Source: Bacteroidales bacterium (GTDB taxonomy: Bacteria > Bacteroidota > Bacteroidia > Bacteroidales > JAEINX01). From it: DNA of 64,000 bases. The stretch covers positions 667 through 64,666 of the forward strand of contig JAEINX010000003.1 in NCBI GenBank assembly GCA_016342645.1. Direction: 5' to 3'. The position numbers were made by a program, and so were the translations under genes. This document shows positions 1-9,900 of the stretch, one piece after another. Numbering within the stretch: position 1 is the stretch's first letter; each line of letters starts with the position of its first letter. The notes under the pieces are model-generated. The model saw only the letters and a list, made by a program, of their open reading frames with translations. It was not told the DNA's origin and did not search any database.

Positions 1-1373
1 GCTTCTTCAATTTCATGGACTATTAAAGTTCCGTCTTCATAATAAACATTAAAAATCCCCTCCTCAGGTTCCCAAAATAATGTAATCTCCTCAATTCCCG
101 GTAAGGCATCAATGATTACCGGAGCCTCGGGGGGGAGTGGAATATTGCATAAAATATTTGAGGGTAAGGATTCCTCACCATTGCTTAAGATTTGTGTAAC
201 ATAATAACAGTATTCAATTTCAGGGTCTAAACCCGTGTCCGTAAAAGATGGGCCTCCAACATTCCCGGCTACTAAATCACCGTTTTCATAATAAATATTA
301 AAAAAGAATGATGCAAAATCAATTTCAACAATGCTGTAATTGTTTGCTTCGGGAGGGAAAAATGCTTCAACCCATGCACCTCCGTAGGGGTCGGAAAAAC
401 TTATATCGAATTTTGAAAATTCCTCTCCTTCGCTATCATCCCAGCACTTTAAAGAAATAGGATTTCCCGGTGTATAGCCTTGGCTTGAAACAAGTTCACT
501 ATAAGCTATTAAAGGATTGGATAAAAAATTCTGAGGTGTTAAAACTTCGGTAAGAGTGAAAACTCCAACCAAAATATTCCCATCGAAAATTCCGATTTCG
601 TCGTTTGGATCAAGATCGACTTCATCAATAAATGCTGATGATAAATAAATTGTCCACGCTGGGTAATTTGAATTTCCTCCTTCAAAGTTAAAATGTCCAT
701 CGCTGCTTTGCTGAATCGACTCCCAAACTATTGTTATTTCTTCATTTCCTTGAATTGTTTCAACTAAAACAGGTGTAAGAATATGCAATTTAAAATCGCA
801 AATTGTTGGTTCGCCTTCTAATACGATTACATTCATTTTTGTTTTCGAGAAATATCCGTTGGCTTGGACTTTTAAATTGAATTTCCCGATCGGGATTTCG
901 TCCAAAAAATATTCGCCTTGTGAATTACTTGTTGTTGAATAAGGTTTATTTTCGATTGAAATACTTGCGTTTGCGATAGGTTCACCGGTGATAGTATCGG
1001 AAATTATTCCTGTAATTGAACCTTTTGCTGTATGAAAATTAATTATCGGAATGCTGTATTTATTTTCTCCTTCGGGAAAAATATTTTCAGTCCATGCTCC
1101 GCCATAAGGATCGGTATAAATAATTTCAAATTCATCGACCTCTATTTCTTCATCTGCTTTCCAACATTTGAAAGTGACGTTATTTCCGGGGGAATATCCT
1201 TGATTTCCATTGTTTAAAAGCTGCCATGCTATTAAAACATTTGCAAAAGCATTTTCGGGAGTACATTCCTGAGTGAGAGAAAACACACCAACCAAAGTTT
1301 CTCCGTCGAAAACAGCAATTTCGTCGTTTTGAGATAGATTTAAGTTATTCAAACTTGCACCCGCAAAATACAT
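1..1373 (-). CDS. Secreted mosaic protein, 3' end cut by the window edge (paralogue of 6941..11032): two HF/GDEIAxFDG modules separated by a carboxypeptidase-regulatory-like domain
   Basis: Absent from the ORF track because it has no in-window stop. My minus-strand translation gives YTMYFAGASLNNLNLSQNDEIAVFDGETLVGVF...KCWKADEE...DPYGGAWTENIFPEGENKYS, then GSITGIISDTITGEPIANASISIE...GEYFLDEIPIGKFNLKVQANGY, then HFNFEGGNSNYPAWTIYL...NDEIGIFDGNILVGVF...DPYGGAWVEAFFP. The first in-frame ATG is at 1373. The signal-peptide ATG at 1484 is separated by frame breaks (see finding). Confidence 0.6.
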   Translation of the reverse strand, partial: MYFAGASLNNLNLSQNDEIAVFDGETLVGVFSLTQECTPENAFANVLIAWQLLNNGNQGYSPGNNVTFKCWKADEEIEVDEFEIIYTDPYGGAWTENIFPEGENKYSIPIINFHTAKGSITGIISDTITGEPIANASISIENKPYSTTSNSQGEYFLDEIPIGKFNLKVQANGYFSKTKMNVIVLEGEPTICDFKLHILTPVLVETIQGNEEITIVWESIQQSSDGHFNFEGGNSNYPAWTIYLSSAFIDEVDLDPNDEIGIFDGNILVGVFTLTEVLTPQNFLSNPLIAYSELVSSQGYTPGNPISLKCWDDSEGEEFSKFDISFSDPYGGAWVEAFFPPEANNYSIVEIDFASFFFNIYYENGDLVAGNVGGPSFTDTGLDPEIEYCYYVTQILSNGEESLPSNILCNIPLPPEAPVIIDALPGIEEITLFWEPEEGIFNVYYEDGTLIVHEIEE

Positions 1374-1672
1374 TGTATAAAAAGGAGCTTCGGGATTTCC
1401 TCCTGGAAAATCAAAATGTTGGGCTTGTAAATTCGTTCCGATAAAAAACAAAAGAAACGAAAAATAATATGTGATTTTTTTCATTGAAATTAAGGCGTTT
1501 TCATAATAAATTCTGAATTAAAGATTCTTGTCAAAATTAATAAAAAAAAATAACTATCTATTAGAAAGATTATCCCGGATTAAAAGGCTTTTAATTTGGA
1601 ATTAATTAATGAGTGCCCGACAATATTGTTTTACTGAAACACCATTAATTGCACCTTAAATTTGTGAAATTC

Positions 1673-1704
1673 TAAAAAAAAATCCCAAACAAAATGTCTG
1701 GGAT
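1673..1704 (-). terminator. Rho-independent terminator candidate downstream of 1750..2355
   Basis: On the minus strand: stem ATCCCAGAC / GTTTGGGAT (8 of 9 pairs), a 5-nt loop, then a run of 9 T. Confidence 0.55.
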
Positions 1705-1749
1705 TTATAAGAAAGTTTTTTTTGAAGGACATCAATACTATTAAAATAT

Positions 1750-2355
1750 TTACTTAAGGTCTTTAAGATTTTCTTCCATTCTAAGAATGTTTTCATCGTA
1801 ATATTTCAAGTATTTCCTGAAGACTGTAAATGTTACGATTGCCCCGATTAAAACGCCGAATAATAAACCCCAAATAGACTCAGTTTCATCGAATACTGTG
1901 ACAAAGAATTTATTTTCAAAAAATACATGTATCGAAATTATCAGTAAAACAAAGTAGAATCCGACCACAACAAATCCATATTTAAATCTTTTTGTTGAGT
2001 TTCTGAGCATGTGAATTTTATCTTTCATTGTTTCTTTCAGATTTCCTTTAGTGGTATCAAATCCTTGAATGTTTTTAAAATACCTTAAATACGAAATCAG
2101 AAACGCTAATGTCATTACAAACAATATTGAATTAATTGTAAGGAGATAATAATCAGAGAATCGAGAAATTGAAGTAATGACTAAGTAGGTAATCATTCCT
2201 AAAGAAAGAACAATACTTAAAGCAAGGTTTAATTGAATTTTTTTCATGATTTTTTTGTTTTTTTTGATTAATATTTTATTTATTTCTTGATAGTTTATCT
2301 TAATAGATGAATCATCAATATTTTTCCAGATATTTTTTATTTCCTCTTTTTCCAT
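1750..2355 (-). CDS. Multi-pass membrane protein immediately downstream of the ECF sigma factor (possible anti-sigma or partner, function unknown)
   Basis: 201-aa ORF starting 2 nt after the sigma gene stop, with several hydrophobic helices (LALSIVLSLGMITYLVI, FVVVGFYFVLLIISIHVF, GLLFGVLIGAIVTFTVF). Confidence 0.5.
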   Translation of the reverse strand: MEKEEIKNIWKNIDDSSIKINYQEINKILIKKNKKIMKKIQLNLALSIVLSLGMITYLVITSISRFSDYYLLTINSILFVMTLAFLISYLRYFKNIQGFDTTKGNLKETMKDKIHMLRNSTKRFKYGFVVVGFYFVLLIISIHVFFENKFFVTVFDETESIWGLLFGVLIGAIVTFTVFRKYLKYYDENILRMEENLKDLK

Positions 2356-2356
2356 T

Positions 2357-2860
2357 TTAGATATTTTTTAATAATTGTTTAAGTTTATTTTTTGATCGCA
2401 TAATTTTTATTCCAACATTTGATTTTGATATTCCGCATATTTCCGAGATTTCGGAGTAAGATTTTTCATCAAGATACAATATTATTATTGCCCTCTCAAC
2501 TTCATTCAATTTATTGATTGCAGCATATAATTGTTCGATTCTATCTTCTTTATTATTTTCTTCATAATCTTGGTATGCCATATCTTTTTCAAAAATATTT
2601 TCTTTATAGACAATCTTTGAATTTTTTTTAAGCCTTACAATAGAGGTGTTTATAGCAACTCTATATATCCACGAAGCTATTTTAGATTTATCTCGTAAGT
2701 TATCTTTTGATACCCACAATTGATAAACAACTTCCTGAAAATTATCTTTTCTGTCTTCGGAATTTGAAAAATATGCCCTGCTGACTTTATTAATTATCCC
2801 CTGATAATTGTCAATTAGTTTTGAAAATTCCTTTTGACATGTATTTGTGTGTTTCAACAT
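2357..2860 (-). CDS. RNA polymerase ECF-type sigma-70 factor
   Basis: 167 aa. Region 2-like QEVVYQLWVS...WIYRVAINTSI and region 4 HTH LNEVERAIIILYLDEKSYSEISEICGISKSNVGIKIMRSKNKLKQLL. Confidence 0.85.
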   Translation of the reverse strand: MLKHTNTCQKEFSKLIDNYQGIINKVSRAYFSNSEDRKDNFQEVVYQLWVSKDNLRDKSKIASWIYRVAINTSIVRLKKNSKIVYKENIFEKDMAYQDYEENNKEDRIEQLYAAINKLNEVERAIIILYLDEKSYSEISEICGISKSNVGIKIMRSKNKLKQLLKNI

Positions 2861-3001
2861 TTTTTTTTTTGATTATATAGTATCAAAAACTTGCAAAAAA
2901 TTACAAAAAAAAATTATAATACTGAAATTATTTAATTTTATGAAAAAATAAATAATGAAATATATTGCAAATCAATAAAATAGTAAATAAAACAATTTTT
3001 T

Positions 3002-6000
3002 CTAATATAATTTTATAAACTTAGCTTCATTAGCTTTGAAAAAAAGCTTGGAAGCTATTGGTTGCAAATCATATTCAAGGGCATTAACAACAGAAGCATT
3101 GTTATACTTATTGTTTTTTAATACTTCGCTGATTTCAATTTCAGTTGATTGCCCTGAAGTTTCACGTAAAAGCAGAATTATACCATTTCCATCATTTGAA
3201 GGTTTCGCATTGATTAGGAGAATGTTTGAGGAATTTACATTAAGTAAAGAATTGTTTGAAAGTAATTCTTTGCTGTTTCCGGCAGGTAGCACACGTGAAA
3301 GAAAAGGAATCCGTGAACCCCAAGCAAACCTTGTAGCCACTGAGCTGCTTTCATTGTCAGTTGAAGTTATATAATAACTCCATTTTAATTCTCCTTCCTG
3401 ACTTGCCAAAAAATTTGTTGTCCAATAATTATTTAAAACCCAAGAGAAAATATGAGGTTTTTCGGGATTGGAATAATAACTGAACTTACCCATATTTAAT
3501 CCGCCAAGCTGAACTAAGGGGATTTCTTCGCTTCCAAAAATTATTTGATTTTCATTATTTTTCACACAAGCGAAGTTTTGGATCACATTCCAGTCGGATG
3601 ATGTTCCCGGAAGCTGATCTCTGCCCGGTTTAATAATTCCTCCCTGTCCTTCAAAAAATAATTCGCCATCGGGAAGCCTAAATGGAAAAGCTATATAAAC
3701 TGCTTCCGGTTCAAAAACAGGTAGTTTGTACATGTCATATAAAAATTCAATTCTTTTTTCTTTTTTGTAAAGTCGTATTTCGAGATTTACGCCATGTGAA
3801 TCGGCACAAATAGGCGATTCTCCATGAATGAATAAGCTTTTCCAAATGGGGCCGTCAATAAGAGATTTTATTTCAATGTTTGTTAATGTTGACCGCTCGG
3901 CTTCTTCAAGTTTAAATTGCTCTATTTGTTGGCGGTTTGATAATTCTTCATAAATAAATTGCCCGATTTGCCATTTGCTTGATGTATCCGATAATTCAAT
4001 TTGCAAGATTTTATCGAAAAGGCTGTTTACTGCTCCTGTGTTTTTATCAATTCTCAAACTATAATAATCATTTTCAAACACATTAGAAAAATTCTTAATT
4101 TCAGGAAGCTTTCTGTTTTCATTCAACACTTCAATTCTATAGCTTTTATATCCGAATGCCGGAATGTTTTCAGCCCAAATGCCCCAATAAGTTCCATCTT
4201 CGCGACTTTGAAATGATTGTGCTAAAATTTCATTATTAATTTCATCTACGATCCTGATTTTCTTATTTACGGGTAAAATCTCATGATCAATATATACATC
4301 AAGCAATCCTGAACGTTGCCAATTAAGGGTGTTAAAAACACTTATTACAGGCACATCGGTTTTGTTAATAAAAGGCTGAATAAAACCCATAGCTTTTTCT
4401 TTTAGCAATGCTGATTTTTTTACTGCTTCCCAAACATAAGCTGATTTTTCGGCCCATTGTACCATTGTGTTTTCGCATCTTGGATCTGTAATACTCTCGG
4501 CAGCAGTATATGTATGTTCGTCATAAAATAAAAGATTATCCATAATTTCTTCAATATCTTTATTTATTTCCGAGGGTAATTTGGCACCTGAGAGTTTTGC
4601 CATCGAAAGCAAACCTTGATTAGCAATCAATTCGGCATGAGTTTTTCGTGAAGCTCCTGCTTCACGGCAAGCCGATCCTGCACCATCGGTCCACCAATCG
4701 GGCCATGCGGCTCTAAATACCGGAAGTTCGGCAGAATGGTTTTTTTCAATGCTTTTCATGAATTCATTTGCAGTAGCAATTTTTATTTGAGGCCATTCGT
4801 ATTTATTGTTCCACCGTTTTACTAACTCACAGGCTGTAAGTGCCGGAGGTGAATTATCAGTAACATAACCAGAGTATTGTAAAGAAATGCAATTAAAAGG
4901 ATATTCCTTTTCATTCAATTCATCAAGGTAATTTAACAGATTAGATTCAAAAAAATCAAGGTTTTTAGTATGAATTCCGAGTTTATTTCCTAGCATATAA
5001 TGCTCGCCCCGAAAAGCAAGAATGCGTTTTCCTGAGGGCGATTCCCACCAAAAAGTTGTGGGCTTATCGAAAGGCAATAAGGCGCGATGGCTATGTTCGC
5101 CCATTATCAAATATTTAATACCTATATCACTAAAATATTCTGCCAAGGCCCATCCGATTCCATTAACATCATTTTGCATTACGGTTTCTACCTTTAAGCC
5201 ATTTTCTCTGAATGTTCTTATAGGTTGAAGTTGTGCTGCAAGCGAGGTTTCATCTAATAATTCCGACATATTGAAAAACATTCCGGTTATTTCAATTCTT
5301 CCTTCATTTACACGTTTTCTTAATCTTTCAATTTGTTCAGGCGGCCTGCTTTTAAGGTATTCCCTTACTGCCCACGATGCTTCACAGGTCCAGCGGAATT
5401 TAGAATTTTCGGGATAATTATCCGTAAGGTCACAGAAATCGAGAGCGTAATCAATGAACCTTAAATGTTCGGGAAGTATCTCGGTTTGCGGACGAGTATA
5501 ACCAATGTCAGTATGAGTATGTTGGACAAAATATATCATCCATTCTTTAATCGGTTTAAGCTTAACAGGCAATTCGACTACCTGATTTTCTCCAATTTTA
5601 ACTTTAACTAAATATTCGATTTGAGTTTTTACCTCAGGAATATTAATTGTAAATGAGTTGTTTCCGGGAACAAGTTTAATAGTTTTGCTAAGAAAATCAT
5701 CAATAATAATTTCCCCTTCAATATTGTCGTCAAGAATCACAATACTAAATCTCAGGCTATGAAAGGGTTTGTTATTTATTTTAATTAGAACCGGATCTTG
5801 TTTTATCTCAATTTTTTCCAAAACTTGAGTTTTAAAAGTCATATACCATGAGTTGCTGTTTTTGTTATCTCCCGAAATCAGAATTTTAGCAGCCTCTCCC
5901 GGTGTAATAAATGATGTTGGGACTTTCAAACTTGCGAAACCCATAAAATCGCCATACTTATCCGTCATAGTCGATCGAAATAAAAGTTCCGAACCGGCTT

Positions 6001-6373
6001 TTCCCTTTACTTTCCAAACTTTATCTTCATTGCTTTTCGGGTTCGAGAATGTGAGTATTTTTTTTTCATTAATAAATAAGTCAAATTCATGACTATCAAC
6101 ATTAACATCAATTCCGAACATCCAGATAAATGTGAGAGAATCATTGCTATAATTCTTTGGAATTGTTTCGGTTTCCCATTCTATTGAGTTGTAAAGTTCA
6201 TTTGCCCGCACCAAAAGCGAAGTTTTAACATCAGGCAGTGGAGAATGGTAATTTAATTCATTGCCACTTATGGTTTTCGCATAAGCCTGAAAATAAGTAA
6301 GTTTGTTTTGTTGTGAAAAAGTCAAAGATTGAAATAATAGAATTATGATTGTGAAAAAAACATTTAATTTCAT
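3002..6373 (-). CDS. Secreted glycoside hydrolase, GH38 (alpha-mannosidase)-like
   Basis: 1123-aa ORF with a signal peptide (MKLNVFFTIIILLFQSLTFSQ). The FVQHTHTDIGYT metal-binding-type motif and the overall size recall GH38 N-terminal domains. Family assignment is from memory only. Confidence 0.5.
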   Translation of the reverse strand: MKLNVFFTIIILLFQSLTFSQQNKLTYFQAYAKTISGNELNYHSPLPDVKTSLLVRANELYNSIEWETETIPKNYSNDSLTFIWMFGIDVNVDSHEFDLFINEKKILTFSNPKSNEDKVWKVKGKAGSELLFRSTMTDKYGDFMGFASLKVPTSFITPGEAAKILISGDNKNSNSWYMTFKTQVLEKIEIKQDPVLIKINNKPFHSLRFSIVILDDNIEGEIIIDDFLSKTIKLVPGNNSFTINIPEVKTQIEYLVKVKIGENQVVELPVKLKPIKEWMIYFVQHTHTDIGYTRPQTEILPEHLRFIDYALDFCDLTDNYPENSKFRWTCEASWAVREYLKSRPPEQIERLRKRVNEGRIEITGMFFNMSELLDETSLAAQLQPIRTFRENGLKVETVMQNDVNGIGWALAEYFSDIGIKYLIMGEHSHRALLPFDKPTTFWWESPSGKRILAFRGEHYMLGNKLGIHTKNLDFFESNLLNYLDELNEKEYPFNCISLQYSGYVTDNSPPALTACELVKRWNNKYEWPQIKIATANEFMKSIEKNHSAELPVFRAAWPDWWTDGAGSACREAGASRKTHAELIANQGLLSMAKLSGAKLPSEINKDIEEIMDNLLFYDEHTYTAAESITDPRCENTMVQWAEKSAYVWEAVKKSALLKEKAMGFIQPFINKTDVPVISVFNTLNWQRSGLLDVYIDHEILPVNKKIRIVDEINNEILAQSFQSREDGTYWGIWAENIPAFGYKSYRIEVLNENRKLPEIKNFSNVFENDYYSLRIDKNTGAVNSLFDKILQIELSDTSSKWQIGQFIYEELSNRQQIEQFKLEEAERSTLTNIEIKSLIDGPIWKSLFIHGESPICADSHGVNLEIRLYKKEKRIEFLYDMYKLPVFEPEAVYIAFPFRLPDGELFFEGQGGIIKPGRDQLPGTSSDWNVIQNFACVKNNENQIIFGSEEIPLVQLGGLNMGKFSYYSNPEKPHIFSWVLNNYWTTNFLASQEGELKWSYYITSTDNESSSVATRFAWGSRIPFLSRVLPAGNSKELLSNNSLLNVNSSNILLINAKPSNDGNGIILLLRETSGQSTEIEISEVLKNNKYNNASVVNALEYDLQPIASKLFFKANEAKFIKLY

Positions 6374-6465
6374 TGCAAATTAATTATGATTATTGGTGTG
6401 CAAATTATAAAAATACTTTTGTTCAGGGGAAATTTTTGGCTGATATTTTTTAATTCATGTGAGGC

Positions 6466-6606
6466 TTACTGTCGATTCCGAAGTTTTGACCACAATAATG
6501 CTTCTGCCGGCGTTTGCTCCTGACGCAATTCTTTAGCCCTTTCAAAAGTTAAGGGTTTTGCTCCGTAATGATAAATGTGATTTGTTATTCTTTTTAATTT
6601 AGCCAT
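6466..6606 (-). pseudogene. N-terminal fragment of a DUF559-type (Vsr-like endonuclease domain) gene
   Basis: My translation gives MAKLKRITNHIYHYGAKPLTFERAKELRQEQTPAEALLWSKLRNRQ then a stop. The QTPAE.LLWSKLRNRQ signature is typical of DUF559 N-termini. The ORF ends after 46 codons, so the nuclease domain is missing. Confidence 0.5.
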
Positions 6607-6616
6607 ATTATAATAA

Positions 6617-6650
6617 CCTCACCCCCAGCCCCTCTCCTGTGGGAGAGGGG
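6617..6650. repeat. GC-rich palindromic intergenic element (cccctctcc-tgtg-ggagagggg plus acctcacccccagcc arm)
   Basis: Perfect 9-bp stem at 6629-6637 / 6642-6650. Related copies lie at 11083-11140 and, inverted, at 11214-11245. Confidence 0.7.
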
Positions 6651-6781
6651 AGCGTACTCTCTTTGTTTTTGTTTTTATAATTCATTACAACAAAAGTATA
6701 AAAAATTGCAAGCAAAACAACTCCCCATGCAAGAATATTCCCCATTCTCTAATTTGAAGAAGGTCCCAATAGTATATTTAT

Positions 6782-6812
6782 GGGTTTCCAGCCCCCTTGG
6801 GGATTTGAAACC
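6782..6812. repeat. REP-like hairpin (GGTTTC...GAAACC), inverted copy of the elements at 15367 and 16732
   Basis: gggtttccagcccccttggggatttgaaacc closely matches (a few mismatches) the reverse complement of gggtttcaaatccccaaagggcttggaaaccc. Confidence 0.6.
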
Positions 6813-6919
6813 TCAGCCGTCAATAAGCCATCCTATAAATTTGAGGTTTCCAAAAATGTTCAGGATATGAAATCTAATTGAAATATTTTTTTTATATAAT
6901 GTATATTCAAAAAAAACGT

Positions 6920-6927
6920 TATATTTG
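6920..6927 (+). promoter_or_regulatory. Bacteroidota-type -7 box TAnnTTTG (tatatttg)
   Basis: Exact TAnnTTTG match 13 nt upstream of the ATG at 6941. Confidence 0.3.
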
Positions 6928-6940
6928 AACCATCAATACG

Positions 6941-9900
6941 ATGATTATGAAAAACCTTTACAAAATATTTTTATTTCTCCTGATACTACTATCATCAACA
7001 GTAACTTTCTCCCAAACAAACAAAATAAATACACAAAAAAACTCTACATCTCCAAGAACAGAGATTGCACCTATCCTGCTAAGTGCCACTCCCGGCATTG
7101 AAGAAATAAGACTTGAATGGAAAGCAATACCCGAAAACGGCAAAACAAATCAAACCCATTTCGGAATTGAAGATGAACATTGGACTATATCCCCTAACCC
7201 TTCAGGAGATACTTGGGATATTTATATAGGAAATGCAAGATTTGACGCAAAAGATATGGAAGCAGGCGATGAAATTGCAATTTTTGATGGTGACTTAGTA
7301 GTGGGTGTTTTGACCTTAACTGAGGTTCGCACACCGGATAATCAATTGAGTAATCCTTTAATTGCATTCGAATTATTACAGTTTGAACCGGGATATGCTG
7401 CCGGAAGTCCTTTCACCTTGAAAGCTTATGATAAAAGCCAACATATTGAATCAATAGGATTTGAATATACATTCAGTAATCCCTGGGGAGATGCATATAC
7501 AGGTGATGTTTTCCCGTATGGAAATGCAATATATAGCCTTGCTGAATTAGAATTTACAAGCGGTATTTATATACCTGAATTTAACATCTATTATGAAGAT
7601 GGGACATTGGTAGCCGCCGAAATAGAGGGGACATCTTATGCCGATAAGTTCTTATTTGCCGGACAGGAATATTCATACTATATTACACAGATTTTGGAAA
7701 GTGGCATGGAATCCAATCCATCAAAAGTATTATGTGCAATACCGGCGCAACAGCCTTTCGGAGTAATTGATGGTGAAATTACTAATGGTGTTGATCCTCT
7801 AAAAGGAGCAATTATTACAATAGAAGGTACTGAATATATAGCTACAACCAATAAATACGGTGAATATTTTATTAAGAATGTAGAACCGGGAGTATATCAT
7901 ATAAAAGCAAATGCTGAAGGATTTAAAACCGAAATACAATATTACAGTGAAGTAATAGCAGGAGAAATAACAAAAGCAAACTTTATATTAACAGGATTAC
8001 AAACATATCCACTAAAAACCGGTTACCAATTTATATCGTCACGCCTTATTCAGGAAAACCCCGATATGCTTAATGTACTTGAAAATAATCTAAACGATAA
8101 TCTTAATTTTGTAAGAAACACAGCCGGCCAAACATTGACAAAAATCGGATCGAACTGGGTAAACAATATTGGAGATTGGGTGACAACCGAAGGTTATTTA
8201 TTTAAAATGAATAATGAGGATGAACTAATAATTACTGGACAGCCCGTTAACCCTCAAACTCAGGTTAATTTATCAGCAGGCTATCAAATGATATCATATT
8301 TACAGCTAAGGCCTAATAATGCACTTGAATTGTTTGAGGGAGTATTGGATAATCTTGATTTTGCAAGAAATACCGATGGGGATATGCTAAGGAAAATAGG
8401 ACCTGAATGGATAAACAGTATAGGTGATATCCAAGCCGGAGAAGCTTTACTCGTAAAAATGCTTGCAAACGATGTTTTAATATATCCGGCTATTTTCAAA
8501 ACCTGTGGCGATCCCTTTACTGATGCGCGCAACGGGCAAATTTACAATACCGTATTAATAGGTGAACAATGCTGGATGGCCGAAAATCTTAATATAGGTG
8601 AGATAATAAACGGTATAGAGGAAATGACAGACAATAGCATAATTGAAAAATATTGCTATAACGATAGCACTTTAAATTGTGATACCTACGGAGGATTATA
8701 CCAATGGAACGAAATGATGAAATACACAGGCGATACTGCAAGGCAGGGTATATGTCCTGCAGGATGGCATTTGCCTACCGATTATGAATGGAAAATACTC
8801 GAAGGTAATGTTGACACCCAATATGGTGTAGGAGATCCCGAATGGGACGAAGAAGGTAAAAGAGGTTATGATGCCGGTTTTAATTTAAAAGCAATAATTG
8901 GTTGGACTACTCATGGCAATGGTTCTGATGTTTATGAATTTGCTACAATACCTGGTGGTATGTGGTACAAAAATGAAGGATACCTAAACATAGGTTACAA
9001 CGCAAGGTTCTGGACTTCTATGGGGTATAATTATAATAAAGCCTGGACTCGAAGCTTCTCACCGGAAAAGAAAACTTTCCGTTACGGTCGGAAAAAGGAA
9101 AATGGTTTATCAATACGTTGTCTGAAGGGTATTTACATATATCCACCCTCCTCGCCCGATCCTGAAGATGGAGCTGAAAACCAAAGCATAGAACACGATA
9201 TTTCATGGTTATGCACCGATCCTGAAGGTAATGCTACTTATGATGTTTATTTTGGAACCGCAGATACTCTTAAATTGGTTTCATTTGGGCAATCTGAAAT
9301 AACTTACGATCCGGGAACATTGAAACATAACAAGCAATATTTTTGGAAAATTATTGTCCGCAACATTCATGGGAATACTACCGAAGGGCCTCTTTGGACT
9401 TTTGTTACAGTAGATGAAGGGCCATGGGAATGCGGCGATCAGTTTTATGATTCACGAAATGGAGAAACTTACAACACTACTTTAATCGGCTGGCAATGCT
9501 GGATGGCCGAAAACCTGAATATAGGTAAAATGTTAAACGGTAATGAAGAAATGGCAAACAATAATATAATTGAAAAATATTGCTACGATAACGATCCTGC
9601 AAATTGCTATGAATTTGGCGGGTTATACCAATGGTTTGAAATGATGCAATATAATGCTATGCCCGGTACACAAGGTATTTGCCCTGACGATTGGCATATT
9701 CCAACTGATGACGAGTGGAAAATATTGGAAGGTACGGTTGATAGCCAATACCCGATTGGCGATCCGATTTGGAATAACAATGGTTCGAGAGGATTTGATG
9801 CAGGTTTAAATCTTAAATCAACAATCGGCTGGCGCGATAATGGAAACGGTTCCGACCTTTATGATTTTACAGCGCTTCCTGGAGGGTGGCGTTTAGAAGA

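Noticed and set aside
3036-6092. Several 60-110-aa plus-strand ORFs inside the GH38-like gene, and similar nested ORFs in other long genes
   Set aside because: They are fully nested antisense or off-frame within long, well-supported ORFs, with no independent evidence.
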